A stretch of 64,000 bases of DNA from an uncultured cyanobacterium (GCA_963793425.1 CAWCAG010000007.1:608001-672000), one strand, 5' to 3'; counted from the stretch's first letter, positions 42,024 to 53,101 are shown. Notes: generated from the sequence alone by a model not told the origin. Translations and numbers: made by a program.

Positions 42024-43241
42024 ATGGTATGGACTGTGGTTCTGCGATACTTAAATCCTCTATTCGGTTCTGAAGTCAAAAATTGGGCAATTGAAGCTAG
42101 ACTGCTGCGATGGCTAACCTTTTTATGGTTGTGTATTGGTTTAGTTGTTTTATTCTCGGCTTCTTATCCTATAGCAGATGCTGAATACGGCGATGGCTTA
42201 TACTATTTCAAACGGCAAATTTTGTGGATTGCCATGGGTATGGTGGGATTTCATCTTGTGGTGGAATCGCCTCTTAAATATCTTTTAAAAATATCCCACT
42301 GGCTAGTTTTGATACTACTAGGCTTAATTTTTGTCACCCTCATTCCTAGCTTTGGAACTATAGTTAATGGTGCAAGTCGTTGGGTTGGTTTTGGTTCTTT
42401 AACGGTTCAACCTTCTGAATTAATTAAACCATTTCTCGTACTACAAAGTGCCAAATTATTTGGGCAGTGGGAACAACTGAGTTGGAAAGTACGAGGTTTC
42501 TGGCTGGGCATTTTTGCGGTGGTTTTGGGTGGGATATTAATTCAACCGAACCTAAGCACTACAGCTTTATGTGGCATGACAATTTGGTTAATGGCTGTGG
42601 CGGCGGGCTTGCCTTTCACCTATTTAGGAGGAACAGCTTTCGCGGGCTTCATGCTAGCAGTAATTAGCATCAGCGCCCAGGATTATCAAAGACGCAGGGT
42701 AACTTCTTTTCTCGATCCTTGGGCAGATCCCATGCAGGATGGCTATCAACTTATTCAGAGTCTTTTAGCCGTGGGTTCCGGGGGAACTTGGGGTTCTGGT
42801 TTTGGCTTATCCCAACAAAAATTATTTTATTTACCTATTCAATATACAGATTTTATTTTCGCTGTATTCGCCGAAGAATTTGGTTTTGTGGGTAGTGTCA
42901 TCGTCTTACTGTTACTAGTTGCCTATGCCAGCTTGGCTTTAGTTGTCGCTATGAAAACTCGCCATCCTGTTCAGCGTTTAGTGGCGATGGGAGTTATGAT
43001 TTTATTAATTGGGCAGTCTTTAATTAACATTGGCGTAGCTACAGGGGCATTACCCACCACAGGTTTACCCTTGCCTTTATTTAGCTATGGTGGCAACTCA
43101 ATTCTTTCCTCTTTGATTTTGGCAGGAATGTTAATCCGAGTTGCTAGGGAGAGTAATGAAGCCGAAGTGATTTCTTTGCAAAGTCGCCGTAGTGCCAAGA
43201 ATAAAAATCAACGCCGTAAAATACCGAAATATATAAAATAA
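42024..43241 (+). CDS. ftsW: SEDS peptidoglycan polymerase FtsW
   Basis: NGASRW, QPSELIK, GYQLIQS, TDFIFAVFAEE, PLFSYGG. Confidence 0.9.
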   Translation: MVWTVVLRYLNPLFGSEVKNWAIEARLLRWLTFLWLCIGLVVLFSASYPIADAEYGDGLYYFKRQILWIAMGMVGFHLVVESPLKYLLKISHWLVLILLGLIFVTLIPSFGTIVNGASRWVGFGSLTVQPSELIKPFLVLQSAKLFGQWEQLSWKVRGFWLGIFAVVLGGILIQPNLSTTALCGMTIWLMAVAAGLPFTYLGGTAFAGFMLAVISISAQDYQRRRVTSFLDPWADPMQDGYQLIQSLLAVGSGGTWGSGFGLSQQKLFYLPIQYTDFIFAVFAEEFGFVGSVIVLLLLVAYASLALVVAMKTRHPVQRLVAMGVMILLIGQSLINIGVATGALPTTGLPLPLFSYGGNSILSSLILAGMLIRVARESNEAEVISLQSRRSAKNKNQRRKIPKYIK

Positions 43242-43253
43242 TTTTCTGACATT

Positions 43254-43775
43254 ATGGAATTTACTCTTGATTTTGCTCAATTTGCTCTATGGACAGGTAT
43301 CTTAACTGTAGTTAGCTTTGTCATAGCAGGGTTAGCTTTTCTGTTTAAATGGGGCATTCGCTTCCGTCTTGTGGGTATTACTGGTTTCCTGGTTGTACTT
43401 ACCGTCGGTTTATTTGCCCTCAACTTCGGCTTGCTTAGCTCTAAACTAATTCCAGGGGCAGTAAAATTTTCCTTAGTCTATGATAATGGTGGCAATAAAG
43501 CTGTCATTGCTTTATCCCCGGAAGTAACAGAATCCGAAGTTGAAGCCACACTGCTACAAGCAGCCTCAAATTTATCTTCTTATGGTAGGGGCAGTAGCGC
43601 CGGAGATAATAAATTCACCATTCGCGCCCGTACTATTATTCACCCGGAACCAGGTATTTCTGTGCCTCTCTACTTAGGAGAAGTAAGAAAATCCTTAGCT
43701 TTTGAGGATCAAGCAACACCGGAAACAAGAATTTTCTCCAAGAATTTTGCCAAACTGGGAATCAATGATCAATGA
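43254..43775 (+). CDS. ycf51: Ycf51 family protein
   Basis: WGIRFRLVGITGF, VYDNGG, EATLLQAA, HPEPGISVP. Confidence 0.85.
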   Translation: MEFTLDFAQFALWTGILTVVSFVIAGLAFLFKWGIRFRLVGITGFLVVLTVGLFALNFGLLSSKLIPGAVKFSLVYDNGGNKAVIALSPEVTESEVEATLLQAASNLSSYGRGSSAGDNKFTIRARTIIHPEPGISVPLYLGEVRKSLAFEDQATPETRIFSKNFAKLGINDQ

Positions 43776-43792
43776 CCAGTAATCAGTAATCA

Positions 43793-44917
43793 ATGATCAA
43801 TATGGTAAAAACACAATCTTTAGTCACTACTCAAACATCTACTATTGCTGTTGCCCCAGCACAAGTTTTGCGGGGTTGGCAAGCTATTTCGCAAGCAGGA
43901 GAGGCGATCGCCAGTTTTGGTAATCGTCCTTTAATTGTCGGGGGCGATCGCAGTTTAAAAGTGGTCGAAGCCAGCTTGGAACCAGTCATAGAAAAATATC
44001 ATCTCCAAGCTAAACAAGCTTCTTACTCTCCTGATTGTTCAGAAAATTCCCTCACTGCCCTAAAAGTGGCAGTAGCTTCTCACCAAGCAGATTTTATCAT
44101 CGGTATTGGCGGTGGCAAAGCCTTAGACACAGCAAAACTCCTCGCCAAAGAGAGTAACCTCTCTATTATTACTATTCCTACCTCAGCAGCCACCTGTGCC
44201 GCCTGGACAGCCCTAGCTAATATCTATTCTGATCAAGGTGCTTTCCAATATGATGTACCTTTGCATAATTGTCCCCAATTATTAATTCTTGATTACGAGT
44301 TAATCAAGACTGCCCCTCAACGTACTTTAATTGCCGGAATTGGTGACGCTTTAGCCAAATGGTACGAAGCTTCCGTTAGTAGTGGCAACTCTTCTGCCAC
44401 ATTAATTATCGCTGCGGTTCAACAAGCAAGAATTCTCAGGGATATCCTTTTCCAAAAATCTGCTACTGCTTTAGAAACTCCTGGTAGCGAAGAATGGCGA
44501 GAGGTAGTTGATGCCACCGTTTTATTAGCAGGAGTAATTGGTGGGTTAGGAGGGGCGCAATGTCGTACAGTGGCTGCCCACGCTATTCACAACGGCTTAA
44601 CTCATATCCCCGCAGCACACGAAGCTTTACACGGGGAAAAAGTTGCCTACGGTATTTTAGTTCAGTTACGTCTAGAAGAAATGCTCCAAGGGAACCAATT
44701 AGCAGTTTCTGCCCGACAGCAACTATTAAAATTTTATCAAGAAATTGGCTTACCTACTAGCTTAGAAGCTTTAGGTTTAGCTAATGCTACCTTAGCCCAA
44801 CTACGCCAAGCAGCAGAAATAGCTTGTCATCCTAATTCTGATCTACATCATCTACCTTTTTCTGTGTCTCCTGAACAGTTAGTGGCAGCTATGGTTTCAA
44901 CATTGGTAAGTTCCTAA
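43793..44917 (+). CDS. glycerol dehydrogenase-like iron-containing alcohol dehydrogenase
   Basis: GGGKALDTAK, GIGDALAKWYE, AAHAIHNG, LHGEKVAYG. Confidence 0.9.
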   Translation: MINMVKTQSLVTTQTSTIAVAPAQVLRGWQAISQAGEAIASFGNRPLIVGGDRSLKVVEASLEPVIEKYHLQAKQASYSPDCSENSLTALKVAVASHQADFIIGIGGGKALDTAKLLAKESNLSIITIPTSAATCAAWTALANIYSDQGAFQYDVPLHNCPQLLILDYELIKTAPQRTLIAGIGDALAKWYEASVSSGNSSATLIIAAVQQARILRDILFQKSATALETPGSEEWREVVDATVLLAGVIGGLGGAQCRTVAAHAIHNGLTHIPAAHEALHGEKVAYGILVQLRLEEMLQGNQLAVSARQQLLKFYQEIGLPTSLEALGLANATLAQLRQAAEIACHPNSDLHHLPFSVSPEQLVAAMVSTLVSS

Positions 44918-44924
44918 CTAACTG

Positions 44925-46223
44925 TCAAGTAAGCTTTAGTATCCATTCAATCCATCCTCTGACAGTGCTAGCACGACGTTCACAGGTAGAATTTGCACTG
45001 CTAGAAATTTCCTCTGAACCATCTCTCATAATAGAGACAATTTCTTCTTTCGTTGGTGGTTGGGCTTTTTCAAAGTAAATTCTTAATGATGAATTGAATA
45101 TTCTATGACTTAGAATACATTTAACTAACTCTAAATTTCGCCTTCGTGGATGTTGAGTGATTATTTGCAAGCCCAAATTACTCAGAGAATAGTTAACATC
45201 CTGAGTTTTATTTTGTTCTCTATCAACAAGTCTTAGATAATTAGCGGCTGAAATATAGTAGTCAGTTTGTCTTATATCAAAGGCATAAATTAAGGTTATA
45301 TTATCTTTATTTAAAGGGACATTCGCACTATATAGCCTACCAAGAAGATCAATGATTCTTGGAAACATATTGGCTTGTGGAAAAGGAATTTCTTCTGAAT
45401 CCGGAACTATAGTAGTCTCATTTAGTATATCTCTAATATCTTGTAATTCTATCTCATATTTACTCAGGCAATACTTATGTTCTGAAACCAATTCGATAGA
45501 ATTATACAAATTTATATCTGAGAATCGGAACTTATAAAAAGAGAAGATATCATTCGATATAGTGAGAAAAACAGGAATCACTTCTTTATTTGTTTTTGAT
45601 TTCCAGAGTCTGTAGGGATAGTAAAGTTGTCTAATAATAAAGTCATTAACTGTCTCAGATTTAGCCTCGATAATTCCTAACTTTGTAGCACCTTCAAAAC
45701 CACCATCAATTTCACACTGCGACTTATTAACATTTATAGTTTGCTTTGTTTTATTCTTAGTATCTTGAATGTCGTAATCGAATGTTCCAGTAGACATTCT
45801 GCCAAAAACTGTCAAACTAGTCTCTTCCTCTAACACATCATCAATCATACCTGAGAGAAAAGCACAGAGGATTGCTGATGATTCAGAGTAGATGTTACTA
45901 GGATCGAGAGTTTTAATATAGTTTGGTAACTCACAATAAACAACATTCCCTAAATCTTTCTTAGGAAGTTGGAAATAGCTATTAAAAGCCCCAATTACAT
46001 ACTTTCTGCGTGAAACAGGTTGAATTGACAAACCATGATCAAGGAATATTTTGGGAAGCTGCACTACGTGATCAAACTTTGTCATGAGACGAGCTTCTCG
46101 CTGCTCGTTTATTCTGGTAGATGATATGTAAAAAAAGTCTTCTTGCTCTATCTTTTTAAGAATATTCTCTTCTTCAAAAAGGATTTCCCAAGCTTGGTCA
46201 TTTTTTGACTTTTTTGCAGCCAT
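44925..46223 (-). CDS. putative type II restriction endonuclease
   Basis: QCEIDGGFE...IIEAK PD-(D/E)xK core, RQLYYPYR; overlaps the upstream methyltransferase. Confidence 0.7.
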   Translation of the reverse strand: MAAKKSKNDQAWEILFEEENILKKIEQEDFFYISSTRINEQREARLMTKFDHVVQLPKIFLDHGLSIQPVSRRKYVIGAFNSYFQLPKKDLGNVVYCELPNYIKTLDPSNIYSESSAILCAFLSGMIDDVLEEETSLTVFGRMSTGTFDYDIQDTKNKTKQTINVNKSQCEIDGGFEGATKLGIIEAKSETVNDFIIRQLYYPYRLWKSKTNKEVIPVFLTISNDIFSFYKFRFSDINLYNSIELVSEHKYCLSKYEIELQDIRDILNETTIVPDSEEIPFPQANMFPRIIDLLGRLYSANVPLNKDNITLIYAFDIRQTDYYISAANYLRLVDREQNKTQDVNYSLSNLGLQIITQHPRRRNLELVKCILSHRIFNSSLRIYFEKAQPPTKEEIVSIMRDGSEEISSSANSTCERRASTVRGWIEWILKLT

Positions 46224-47142
46224 ATCTGTTATAAATTAACAGTTCATTTATCTTACCGCGCTTTGAACCCACTGCATTAATTGCCCTAGTAGCTTGTACC
46301 TCAACAATTTCATACCGTGAATCAGAATAAAGAGATTTAATAAAAGGGGCGGCTGAATTACTTATTAGTACTTGAACGCCTCGGTCAGATAATTGATCAC
46401 AAACTTCTTTGAGCCTAATTTGTTCATCTTCGCCAAACCCATTGACACTATAACCTGTAAAAGATGAAGTGTTAGATATGGGGTGATAGGGAGGATCAAA
46501 ATAAACGAATGCTCCTTTTCTTGCTGTCGATACAGCTTTGGCAAAATCACCTTCAAGAATGCGTACATTTGGTTGATTTAAGTAGGTACTAACCGCCCTG
46601 ATAACAGCAGAATCTGCTATGGCAGGATTGGCATAGTTACCATAAGGAACATTAAATTGACCGCTACTATTAACTCTAAATAGTCCATTAAAGCAGGTTT
46701 TATTAAGGTAAATAACTCTAGCAGCTTTCTCGATTGGAGATTGGTTTTGAAAATCGTCTTTTCTATCCTGTTCCCGTAATAAATAATAATGTTCTTTAGA
46801 ATTTTTGCTTTTATGGTACTGACAAAGAGTAAGCAATTCTTCAGGATTTTCTTTAATGACTTGATAGCAATTAATTAACTCGCTGTTAGTATCATTAATA
46901 ACGCTTTTTTTAGGCTGTAAAGAAAATAGAACAGCACCAGCCCCAACAAAAGGTTCATAGTATTGAGTATATTTGGTAGGCTGAAATTTCTTAATAACTG
47001 GCAAGAGTTGTCTTTTTCCTCCAGCCCATTTAAGAAATGGTTGAGCAAGGGCATTATATTGATATGCTTGTTTTCTGCCAATACTTTTAGTTGGTGAAAT
47101 AATATCTTCTTGCATTTTTGCTATGTTGTAATTTCCCTGCAT
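46198..47142 (-). CDS. Dam-family DNA adenine methyltransferase
   Basis: KWAGGK, EPFVGAGAV, NKTCFNGLFRVN, YFDPPY. Confidence 0.93.
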   Translation of the reverse strand: MQGNYNIAKMQEDIISPTKSIGRKQAYQYNALAQPFLKWAGGKRQLLPVIKKFQPTKYTQYYEPFVGAGAVLFSLQPKKSVINDTNSELINCYQVIKENPEELLTLCQYHKSKNSKEHYYLLREQDRKDDFQNQSPIEKAARVIYLNKTCFNGLFRVNSSGQFNVPYGNYANPAIADSAVIRAVSTYLNQPNVRILEGDFAKAVSTARKGAFVYFDPPYHPISNTSSFTGYSVNGFGEDEQIRLKEVCDQLSDRGVQVLISNSAAPFIKSLYSDSRYEIVEVQATRAINAVGSKRGKINELLIYNRYGCKKVKK

Positions 47143-47240
47143 ACAAATACAAGTGTACTATTTAATTGTATTTCCTGTATTTTTGTGATGCCTCCTCCAG
47201 ACTTGAGAATTGCTAAATCAGGGGCAACAAATCAAGACCA

Positions 47241-48197
47241 CTAATAACCCATCCTCCCATTCATCTCTGGAGGGGGGCTTAAACTCATCAAAATTTCTTG
47301 CTCTTCTGCCTCTTCATCAATATAAAAAGTCATTTGTACCGGACCATAGCCTTCGCAGATACGTGCTTCAATTTCTTCTGCAATAACTCCTGTAACGCCA
47401 TGAAAGTCAGGATGGACAACCAGGTGCATTTGAATATAAATCAAACGCCCCACAATGCCCCGCGATTGAATTTTATAACAATGGGTAACACCATTAACTT
47501 GCAAAGCAATTTCTGCTAAAACTTCTGGGGCGATCGCAGTTTGTCTTACTAACAATGGTAGCTGCCATTTAATGACTTGCCAAAAATTAACTAAGGTTAA
47601 TAACACTAAAACAATGGGCAAAATTAAATCAATCCAAATTAATCCCCACCAATTGCCAAAAAAACCACCGATAACGACTAAGGTAAGAACCCCATCTTTG
47701 ATTAGTTGAATGCCATTAAAACTTAAGGCCGGATTGCTTAAGGAACGTCCTTGAAAAACACCTAGTATCCCTAGTAATAAATTAACTCCGCCGCTTACCC
47801 CAATAATTTGCATTAAATGAACGCTAACGTCAGCAGCAAAAGGAATATCTTTGCTGTACCAAGCAGCGATTAATTGTTGACTAGAAAACCATAATAAAGC
47901 GGCACTCCCCAAACTAGCCAAAGCTACAGCTAGGAAAGTTAAAATTGTTTCTCTTATGCCATGTCCATAGATGTGTTTTCCTAAAGGGCGATCGCTACTG
48001 GTAATTGCTAGCAAGCTTAATAGAATACTGAAACTAACGCTCAAAGTATAAAAGCACTCTGCCAAGACACTTAAAGATGTAGTCACCCATCCTGCGGAGG
48101 CTTTAACTGACAAAATAAATAAAATCAGCCAAAGCATCACAAATAAAACCAAACGACTTGTTCGGTAGCGTTTCTCTCCCTGATTCATTTCTTTCAT
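47241..48197 (-). CDS. cation diffusion facilitator family protein (atypical)
   Basis: Six TM helices, YGHG..E, C-terminal ZT-dimer-like SRGIVGR..IQMHL. Confidence 0.75.
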   Translation of the reverse strand: MKEMNQGEKRYRTSRLVLFVMLWLILFILSVKASAGWVTTSLSVLAECFYTLSVSFSILLSLLAITSSDRPLGKHIYGHGIRETILTFLAVALASLGSAALLWFSSQQLIAAWYSKDIPFAADVSVHLMQIIGVSGGVNLLLGILGVFQGRSLSNPALSFNGIQLIKDGVLTLVVIGGFFGNWWGLIWIDLILPIVLVLLTLVNFWQVIKWQLPLLVRQTAIAPEVLAEIALQVNGVTHCYKIQSRGIVGRLIYIQMHLVVHPDFHGVTGVIAEEIEARICEGYGPVQMTFYIDEEAEEQEILMSLSPPPEMNGRMGY

Positions 48198-48262
48198 TTA
48201 TGCACCAATTGATGCAATTCTAACCTGCGACATTCCAGGTAGAGCCTAAAATAGCTTCTATT

Positions 48263-48607
48263 TTATTTAACCGTTGACTCTAACTCTATGCTCAAATCAA
48301 TCATATGGCATACGTAGTTAACTGTAGCAACCACATCTGCTTGATTGATTGGACAACCATATCTAGGAAATTTGTCTTGGGGATGTTGCCACTTTAACCA
48401 AAGTTGGCCATGTACTGTTTTCAGGCGGATGAACCAATTACGATATTTAGCAGGGAACTGCTGAAGATAAGAACTATCTGCCTTTGATAGGTCTAAATCA
48501 GAATAAGATTGAGAAGAAAGCATTTGAACAGTGTTGTAATCGTTGACATGAGTTATTCTTATGATTCCATTAACCCTGACAACGGCTAAATTTTGTTCTC
48601 GAAACAA
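48263..48607 (-). CDS. hypothetical protein, paralog of 25348-25596
   Basis: YRNWFIRLKTVHGQLWLKWQHPQDKFPRYGCP; true start probably the ATG near 48523. Confidence 0.7.
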   Translation of the reverse strand: MFREQNLAVVRVNGIIRITHVNDYNTVQMLSSQSYSDLDLSKADSSYLQQFPAKYRNWFIRLKTVHGQLWLKWQHPQDKFPRYGCPINQADVVATVNYVCHMIDLSIELESTVK

Positions 48608-48722
48608 TTCTCTGATTATTCTTCAAAAGAAAATTGCTTATATTTACAATATTAATTATTCTTATACCATGATTGTATTCAAATCAGCAAGAATTTTGTG
48701 GCCACACTAAAAGTTACTTCTC

Positions 48723-49532
48723 GTGCCGAAACAGAGACTTGATACTCTATTAGTTGACCTTAAACTTTGTACTTCCAGACAAAAAGCGCAAAGACTTATC
48801 CGTGCGGGGGAGGTTAAAGTAAACCAACAGCTAGTTGATAAACCAGGAACAGAAGTTAGCACCTCCGCAAATATTGAATTAAAAAAAAAGCCTCCCTATG
48901 TATCTAGGGGAGGCGAAAAACTAGCGAAAGCCTTAGAAGAATTTAAGATTGAGGTGAAAGATCGTCTTTGTTTAGATGGGGGAATTTCTACAGGAGGTTT
49001 TTCTGATTGCTTACTGAAAAAAGGGGCTTCGCGTATTTACGGCGTTGATGTTGGTTATGGACAAGTGGCCTGGAATTTGCGCCAAGATGAGCGCTTAATT
49101 TTAAAAGAAAGAACTAATTTACGTCACCTCACCTACTCAGAATTGTATGGTTCGCAACCTCCTGCTAATTTAGGAGTTGTGGATCTATCTTTTATTTCCT
49201 TAACAAAAGTTCTTGCCCCTCTCAGTAACTTATTAGTTGCCCCTAAAGAACTTGTTTTATTAGTTAAACCTCAATTTGAAGTCGGGCGATCACGGGTAGG
49301 AAAAAAAGGCGTAGTGCGTGATCCCCAAGCTCAAGCCGAAGCAATTTGGCAAGTTATTCAAGTAGCCCAACAGCTTAATTGGCAACATCAAGGTCTAACT
49401 TGGTCGCCCATAACAGGTCCGGCTGGTAATAGAGAATACTTACTCTGGCTAAGTCTTTCCCCTTCTAACCATACTCCTGATTTAAAGGAAATACAGAATT
49501 TGACAGTTTCATCTGCTGCTGATTTGATGTGA
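48723..49532 (+). CDS. tlyA: TlyA family rRNA 2'-O-methyltransferase
   Basis: KQRLD S4 domain, YVSRGGEKL, STGGFSDCLL, LVKPQFE, GPAGNREY. Confidence 0.93.
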   Translation: MPKQRLDTLLVDLKLCTSRQKAQRLIRAGEVKVNQQLVDKPGTEVSTSANIELKKKPPYVSRGGEKLAKALEEFKIEVKDRLCLDGGISTGGFSDCLLKKGASRIYGVDVGYGQVAWNLRQDERLILKERTNLRHLTYSELYGSQPPANLGVVDLSFISLTKVLAPLSNLLVAPKELVLLVKPQFEVGRSRVGKKGVVRDPQAQAEAIWQVIQVAQQLNWQHQGLTWSPITGPAGNREYLLWLSLSPSNHTPDLKEIQNLTVSSAADLM

Positions 49533-49837
49533 TCACAAATGAGCTAACGATTTTCCTTGGTAACAAATTTTCTCCATCTTGACAAGCAAGAAATATACTA
49601 TTAGGGTATCGACATTTCATGAGTCAATTCGGGGAATGCTCGTGTATACTGTTAAATCATTTTTGTTTGAAGTGAAAGAAGCAAGGCGTTACCAAATTTG
49701 ACATTCAAGAACGATCTTATGAATGTCCCCCCGTTTGTTTAACTCTTAATTCTTTCGCCGGAAAAAATTCCCATTTTTGATGTCAGGCAATCTAGTTTCC
49801 CCGTTAGAATTATTAAAGTTATGAGGTAGAGCTAACT

Positions 49838-50434
49838 GTGAACACAATCTTCACAAAGCTACGAGATTTCGTAGGTCTAAATGAAGCGGACGAATACGAA
49901 TATTACGAAGAAGACATGGAAAACGGCGATTATCAAAATCTTTATCAAGAAGAGCCTCAGACCGTAGCTGAGGAAGAACAACAAAATCGCAGACGCACTC
50001 GTGAACGTACAACAGTAACACCGGAGGCAACTATGGGGGCAGCAACAAGAAGCAACGTAATTGGTATGCCAGGCGCTGCCAACGGTTTAACAGAAGTTGT
50101 GGTTATCGAACCTCGTTCTTTTGAAGAAATGCCCCAGGTAATTCAAAGCTTGCGGGAACGTAAGTCTGTGGTTTTAAACTTAACTATTATGGACCCAGAT
50201 GAAGCTCAAAGAGCAGTAGACTTCGTTGCTGGGGGAACCTATGCTATTGATGGTCATCAGGAACGTATTGGAGAAAGCATCTTTCTGTTCACACCTAGCT
50301 GTGTACAGGTCAGTACCAACTCCGGCGGTGTAGTACATGAAGCACCTCAAGTACCTACTAGACCTGCTGCATCTCCTCGCCCCACAGCCCCAACCCCATC
50401 TTGGGCAACAGAAGCTAGCCGCATGGCCCAATAA
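49838..50434 (+). CDS. sepF: cell division protein SepF
   Basis: [23 protein letters not shown]. Confidence 0.95.
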   Translation: MNTIFTKLRDFVGLNEADEYEYYEEDMENGDYQNLYQEEPQTVAEEEQQNRRRTRERTTVTPEATMGAATRSNVIGMPGAANGLTEVVVIEPRSFEEMPQVIQSLRERKSVVLNLTIMDPDEAQRAVDFVAGGTYAIDGHQERIGESIFLFTPSCVQVSTNSGGVVHEAPQVPTRPAASPRPTAPTPSWATEASRMAQ

Positions 50435-50516
50435 ATCACAACATTGGGGAGAGGGGAGAATTTACATTTCCTCCTCTCTACGTGCTACAGAACTAATCGC
50501 CAACGCTAAATAAAAG

Positions 50517-51335
50517 GTGTCTAATAAGTTAAGTATGATTGGAGGCGGGTTCATGGGGGAAGCTCTCCTATCCCGTCTCGTAGCTAAAAAAATTTATCTT
50601 CCTAACGCCGTTTTGGTTAGTGAACCTCAACCACAGCGGCGCGATTTTTTGCAGAAGACTTATCAAGTTCAAGTAACTGCTGATAATCAAGAGGCAATGA
50701 CAGCTTCTGATGTGGTTTTATTGGCTATAAAACCTCAAGTCCTAGACAAGGTTGTAGCTGAAATGGCGGAGATAGGCAGTTCCTTGGCTCAAGAAACCCT
50801 GATAATTTCTATTTTGGCAGGAGTCCCCATAGCTAAGTTAGAAGCCACCTTCAGAAGCCAGTCAGTGATTAGGGCTATGCCTAATACTCCAGCAACTGTG
50901 GGGGCAGGTATAACAGCGATCGCCCCAGGGAAAAAAGTTCAACCCCAACAATTAGAAATAGCTAAAAAGATTTTCGCGGCGGTGGGGCAAGTGGTAGAAG
51001 TGCCAGAAAACCTTATGGATGCGGTAACAGGGCTTTCTGGATCTGGGCCGGCTTATGTAGCCGTTATGATTGAAGCCCTTGCTGATGGAGGAGTAGCCGC
51101 CGGTTTACCGAGGGGGATAGCCTCCCAACTTGCTTTACAAACCGTCTTGGGGACAGCCCAATTAATCAAAGAATCTCAATTACACCCTGCCCAACTCAAA
51201 GATCAAGTTACTAGCCCAGGGGGAACTACTATTGCGGCTGTAGCTCAGTTAGAAAAAGCTGGTTTCCGTTCAGCTATCATCGAAGCAGTAAAAGCCGCTT
51301 ACCAACGCTCTCAAGAATTAGGAGCAAAGAATTAA
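50517..51335 (+). CDS. proC: pyrroline-5-carboxylate reductase
   Basis: IGGGFMG, RAMPNTP, SGSGPAY, VTSPGGTT. Confidence 0.97.
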   Translation: MSNKLSMIGGGFMGEALLSRLVAKKIYLPNAVLVSEPQPQRRDFLQKTYQVQVTADNQEAMTASDVVLLAIKPQVLDKVVAEMAEIGSSLAQETLIISILAGVPIAKLEATFRSQSVIRAMPNTPATVGAGITAIAPGKKVQPQQLEIAKKIFAAVGQVVEVPENLMDAVTGLSGSGPAYVAVMIEALADGGVAAGLPRGIASQLALQTVLGTAQLIKESQLHPAQLKDQVTSPGGTTIAAVAQLEKAGFRSAIIEAVKAAYQRSQELGAKN

Positions 51336-51336
51336 A

Positions 51337-51390
51337 CGATTAGCGATTAGCGGATTGGCAAATGATTTTGTGATCGCTAATCGCTAATCG
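51337..51390. terminator. heptamer-built hairpin between convergent proC and psaI
   Basis: CGATTAGCGATTAGCG...CGCTAATCGCTAATCG inverted repeat followed by TTTT. Confidence 0.65.
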
Positions 51391-51446
51391 CTTTTAGGGA
51401 TAGAGTTTAGTGTCAAATAAGATACAGAATCAATATCCCTAGTAGA

Positions 51447-51563
51447 TTAAGCATCACTTTCGATGTAAAGGAATAACATACCCATAACTACAGCCGGCAT
51501 TAACCAGCACACTACAGGGATAAGAATCCAGGGTAAGAAAGAAGCAGCATATTCGCCTGTCAT
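51447..51563 (-). CDS. psaI: photosystem I subunit VIII
   Basis: Hand translation [38 protein letters not shown] (38 aa), AGGAG SD, downstream of psaL. Confidence 0.95.
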   Translation of the reverse strand: MTGEYAASFLPWILIPVVCWLMPAVVMGMLFLYIESDA

Positions 51564-51636
51564 TTCTAATTCTCCTAATTTAAAATTATTGACAAAGTTG
51601 TGAAAGACTATGAGAGTCTAATACAGGTAGATTTCC

Positions 51637-52128
51637 TCAGTTGAAACTACCGTTGAGAATGCCATCGACGACACCAAAATTTTCTAGCAAGAAGTAAGCA
51701 AAAAATGCTCCCCCCATGCCACCAACAAAGAAACCAGCCGTAAATTGACTCCAACCTTCAGCAGTTTGCATTGGGTTAGCTTTAGCTAATTCTCCACTTT
51801 CATCTTCTTTGAAAGCGACAATACCGTAGATAGCCAAGCAAGCTGTGCCGATTAAGATCAAAGTCATTCCATTAATCAAACCGCCTAAATTAGCAAACTC
51901 CGAATCTCTCAAAGGACCAAAAACAACCCAAGGGCCACCAATAAAATAGCCGTGGGCCATGCCAATTTCCAAGCCACGTAAAATAGGCGCAAGCCCCTTA
52001 CGATAAGCTGGCAAATTGCCAATAAAAGTTCTGGTGAAATCTGAATCTGAAATCGGTGTTGACAAGTGACCCAGTTGGGGATCGCCATTGTAAGGCTTGA
52101 TTAGCTCTACGTCTCTAGAGTAAGCCAT
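51637..52128 (-). CDS. psaL: photosystem I subunit XI
   Basis: GHLSTPISDS, NLPAYRKGL, GLEIGMAHGY, GPLR. Confidence 0.98.
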   Translation of the reverse strand: MAYSRDVELIKPYNGDPQLGHLSTPISDSDFTRTFIGNLPAYRKGLAPILRGLEIGMAHGYFIGGPWVVFGPLRDSEFANLGGLINGMTLILIGTACLAIYGIVAFKEDESGELAKANPMQTAEGWSQFTAGFFVGGMGGAFFAYFLLENFGVVDGILNGSFN

Positions 52129-52337
52129 TATTTTTTTCCTCTCTTATTGAAGCTCTAAAGTTTTTAGGAAAACTTTAGAATCCATTTTAAGCAAGGAGTG
52201 TTACCAAACGGCAGTATTGCTTGTTAGCGTTAGAAAAGTTCATCATTTTTGCAATTTATGAGGTTTCTTTGGATTGCCAGATGAGAAGAAGAAATGGCAA
52301 AATAATTGAGAACTGTCAAGATGGGGAATACTGATTT

Positions 52338-53057
52338 ATGAATAAGCTCCCAACACGAGTCAATTTAAAGAAAAAATGGCTGTCCAGGTTACTTCTAGCC
52401 ATATCATCTCTGCTTTTACTAACTGGATTATGGGCTACACCAGCCCAAGCTCAAATTTACGATCTCCCTCAAGTTAGGGCCGGAGAGCCAACTTGGGTTA
52501 TAGATACAGCTAATCTACTTAGCCGCAGCAACAGAGGTAAGTTAAACAACGTTTTAGAAGACTTAGCCGACAAAACCGGAAACGAATTCCGCTTCGTAAC
52601 TGTCCGTCGTCTAGATTATGGCGAAACTATTGAAAGTTTCACTGATAAACTTTTTCAGAGTTGGTTTCCTGCTTCAGAAGACCAAGCCAACCAAAGTTTA
52701 CTTGCTTTAGACTCTGTTACTAATAATGTTGCTCTCCGTAGTGGTGATGCGGCTCAAAAGCTGTTGACGGAGGATATAGCTAGCAGCATAGTTGCTGAAA
52801 CTGTGGGCATCCCATTAAGGGAAGGAAATAAATATAACCAAGCTTTTCTTGATGCTAGCGATCGCGTATTTGCTGTACTGTCTGGACAACAAGATCCTGG
52901 CCCTCCTCAAGTAAAAGAGCAAATTAATATTGAATCTACCTATGCTACGGCTGAGGAAACCGATGACCGCAGCGCAACAGTTTGGGTAATTGGTATGTTA
53001 ATTGTGGCCACAATTATTCCTATGGCTACTTATTTCTTCTATCAAAGTGGAGGCTAA
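52338..53057 (+). CDS. psb32: photosystem II repair protein Psb32 (TPM domain)
   Basis: Signal peptide, RRLDYGET, YNQAFLDASDR, DPGPP, C-terminal TM ATIIPMATYF. Confidence 0.88.
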   Translation: MNKLPTRVNLKKKWLSRLLLAISSLLLLTGLWATPAQAQIYDLPQVRAGEPTWVIDTANLLSRSNRGKLNNVLEDLADKTGNEFRFVTVRRLDYGETIESFTDKLFQSWFPASEDQANQSLLALDSVTNNVALRSGDAAQKLLTEDIASSIVAETVGIPLREGNKYNQAFLDASDRVFAVLSGQQDPGPPQVKEQINIESTYATAEETDDRSATVWVIGMLIVATIIPMATYFFYQSGG

Positions 53058-53101
53058 ACTAATTTTTTGTTTAGGCAAGAAGTTTTTGAGGTGAAATAGG
53101 C

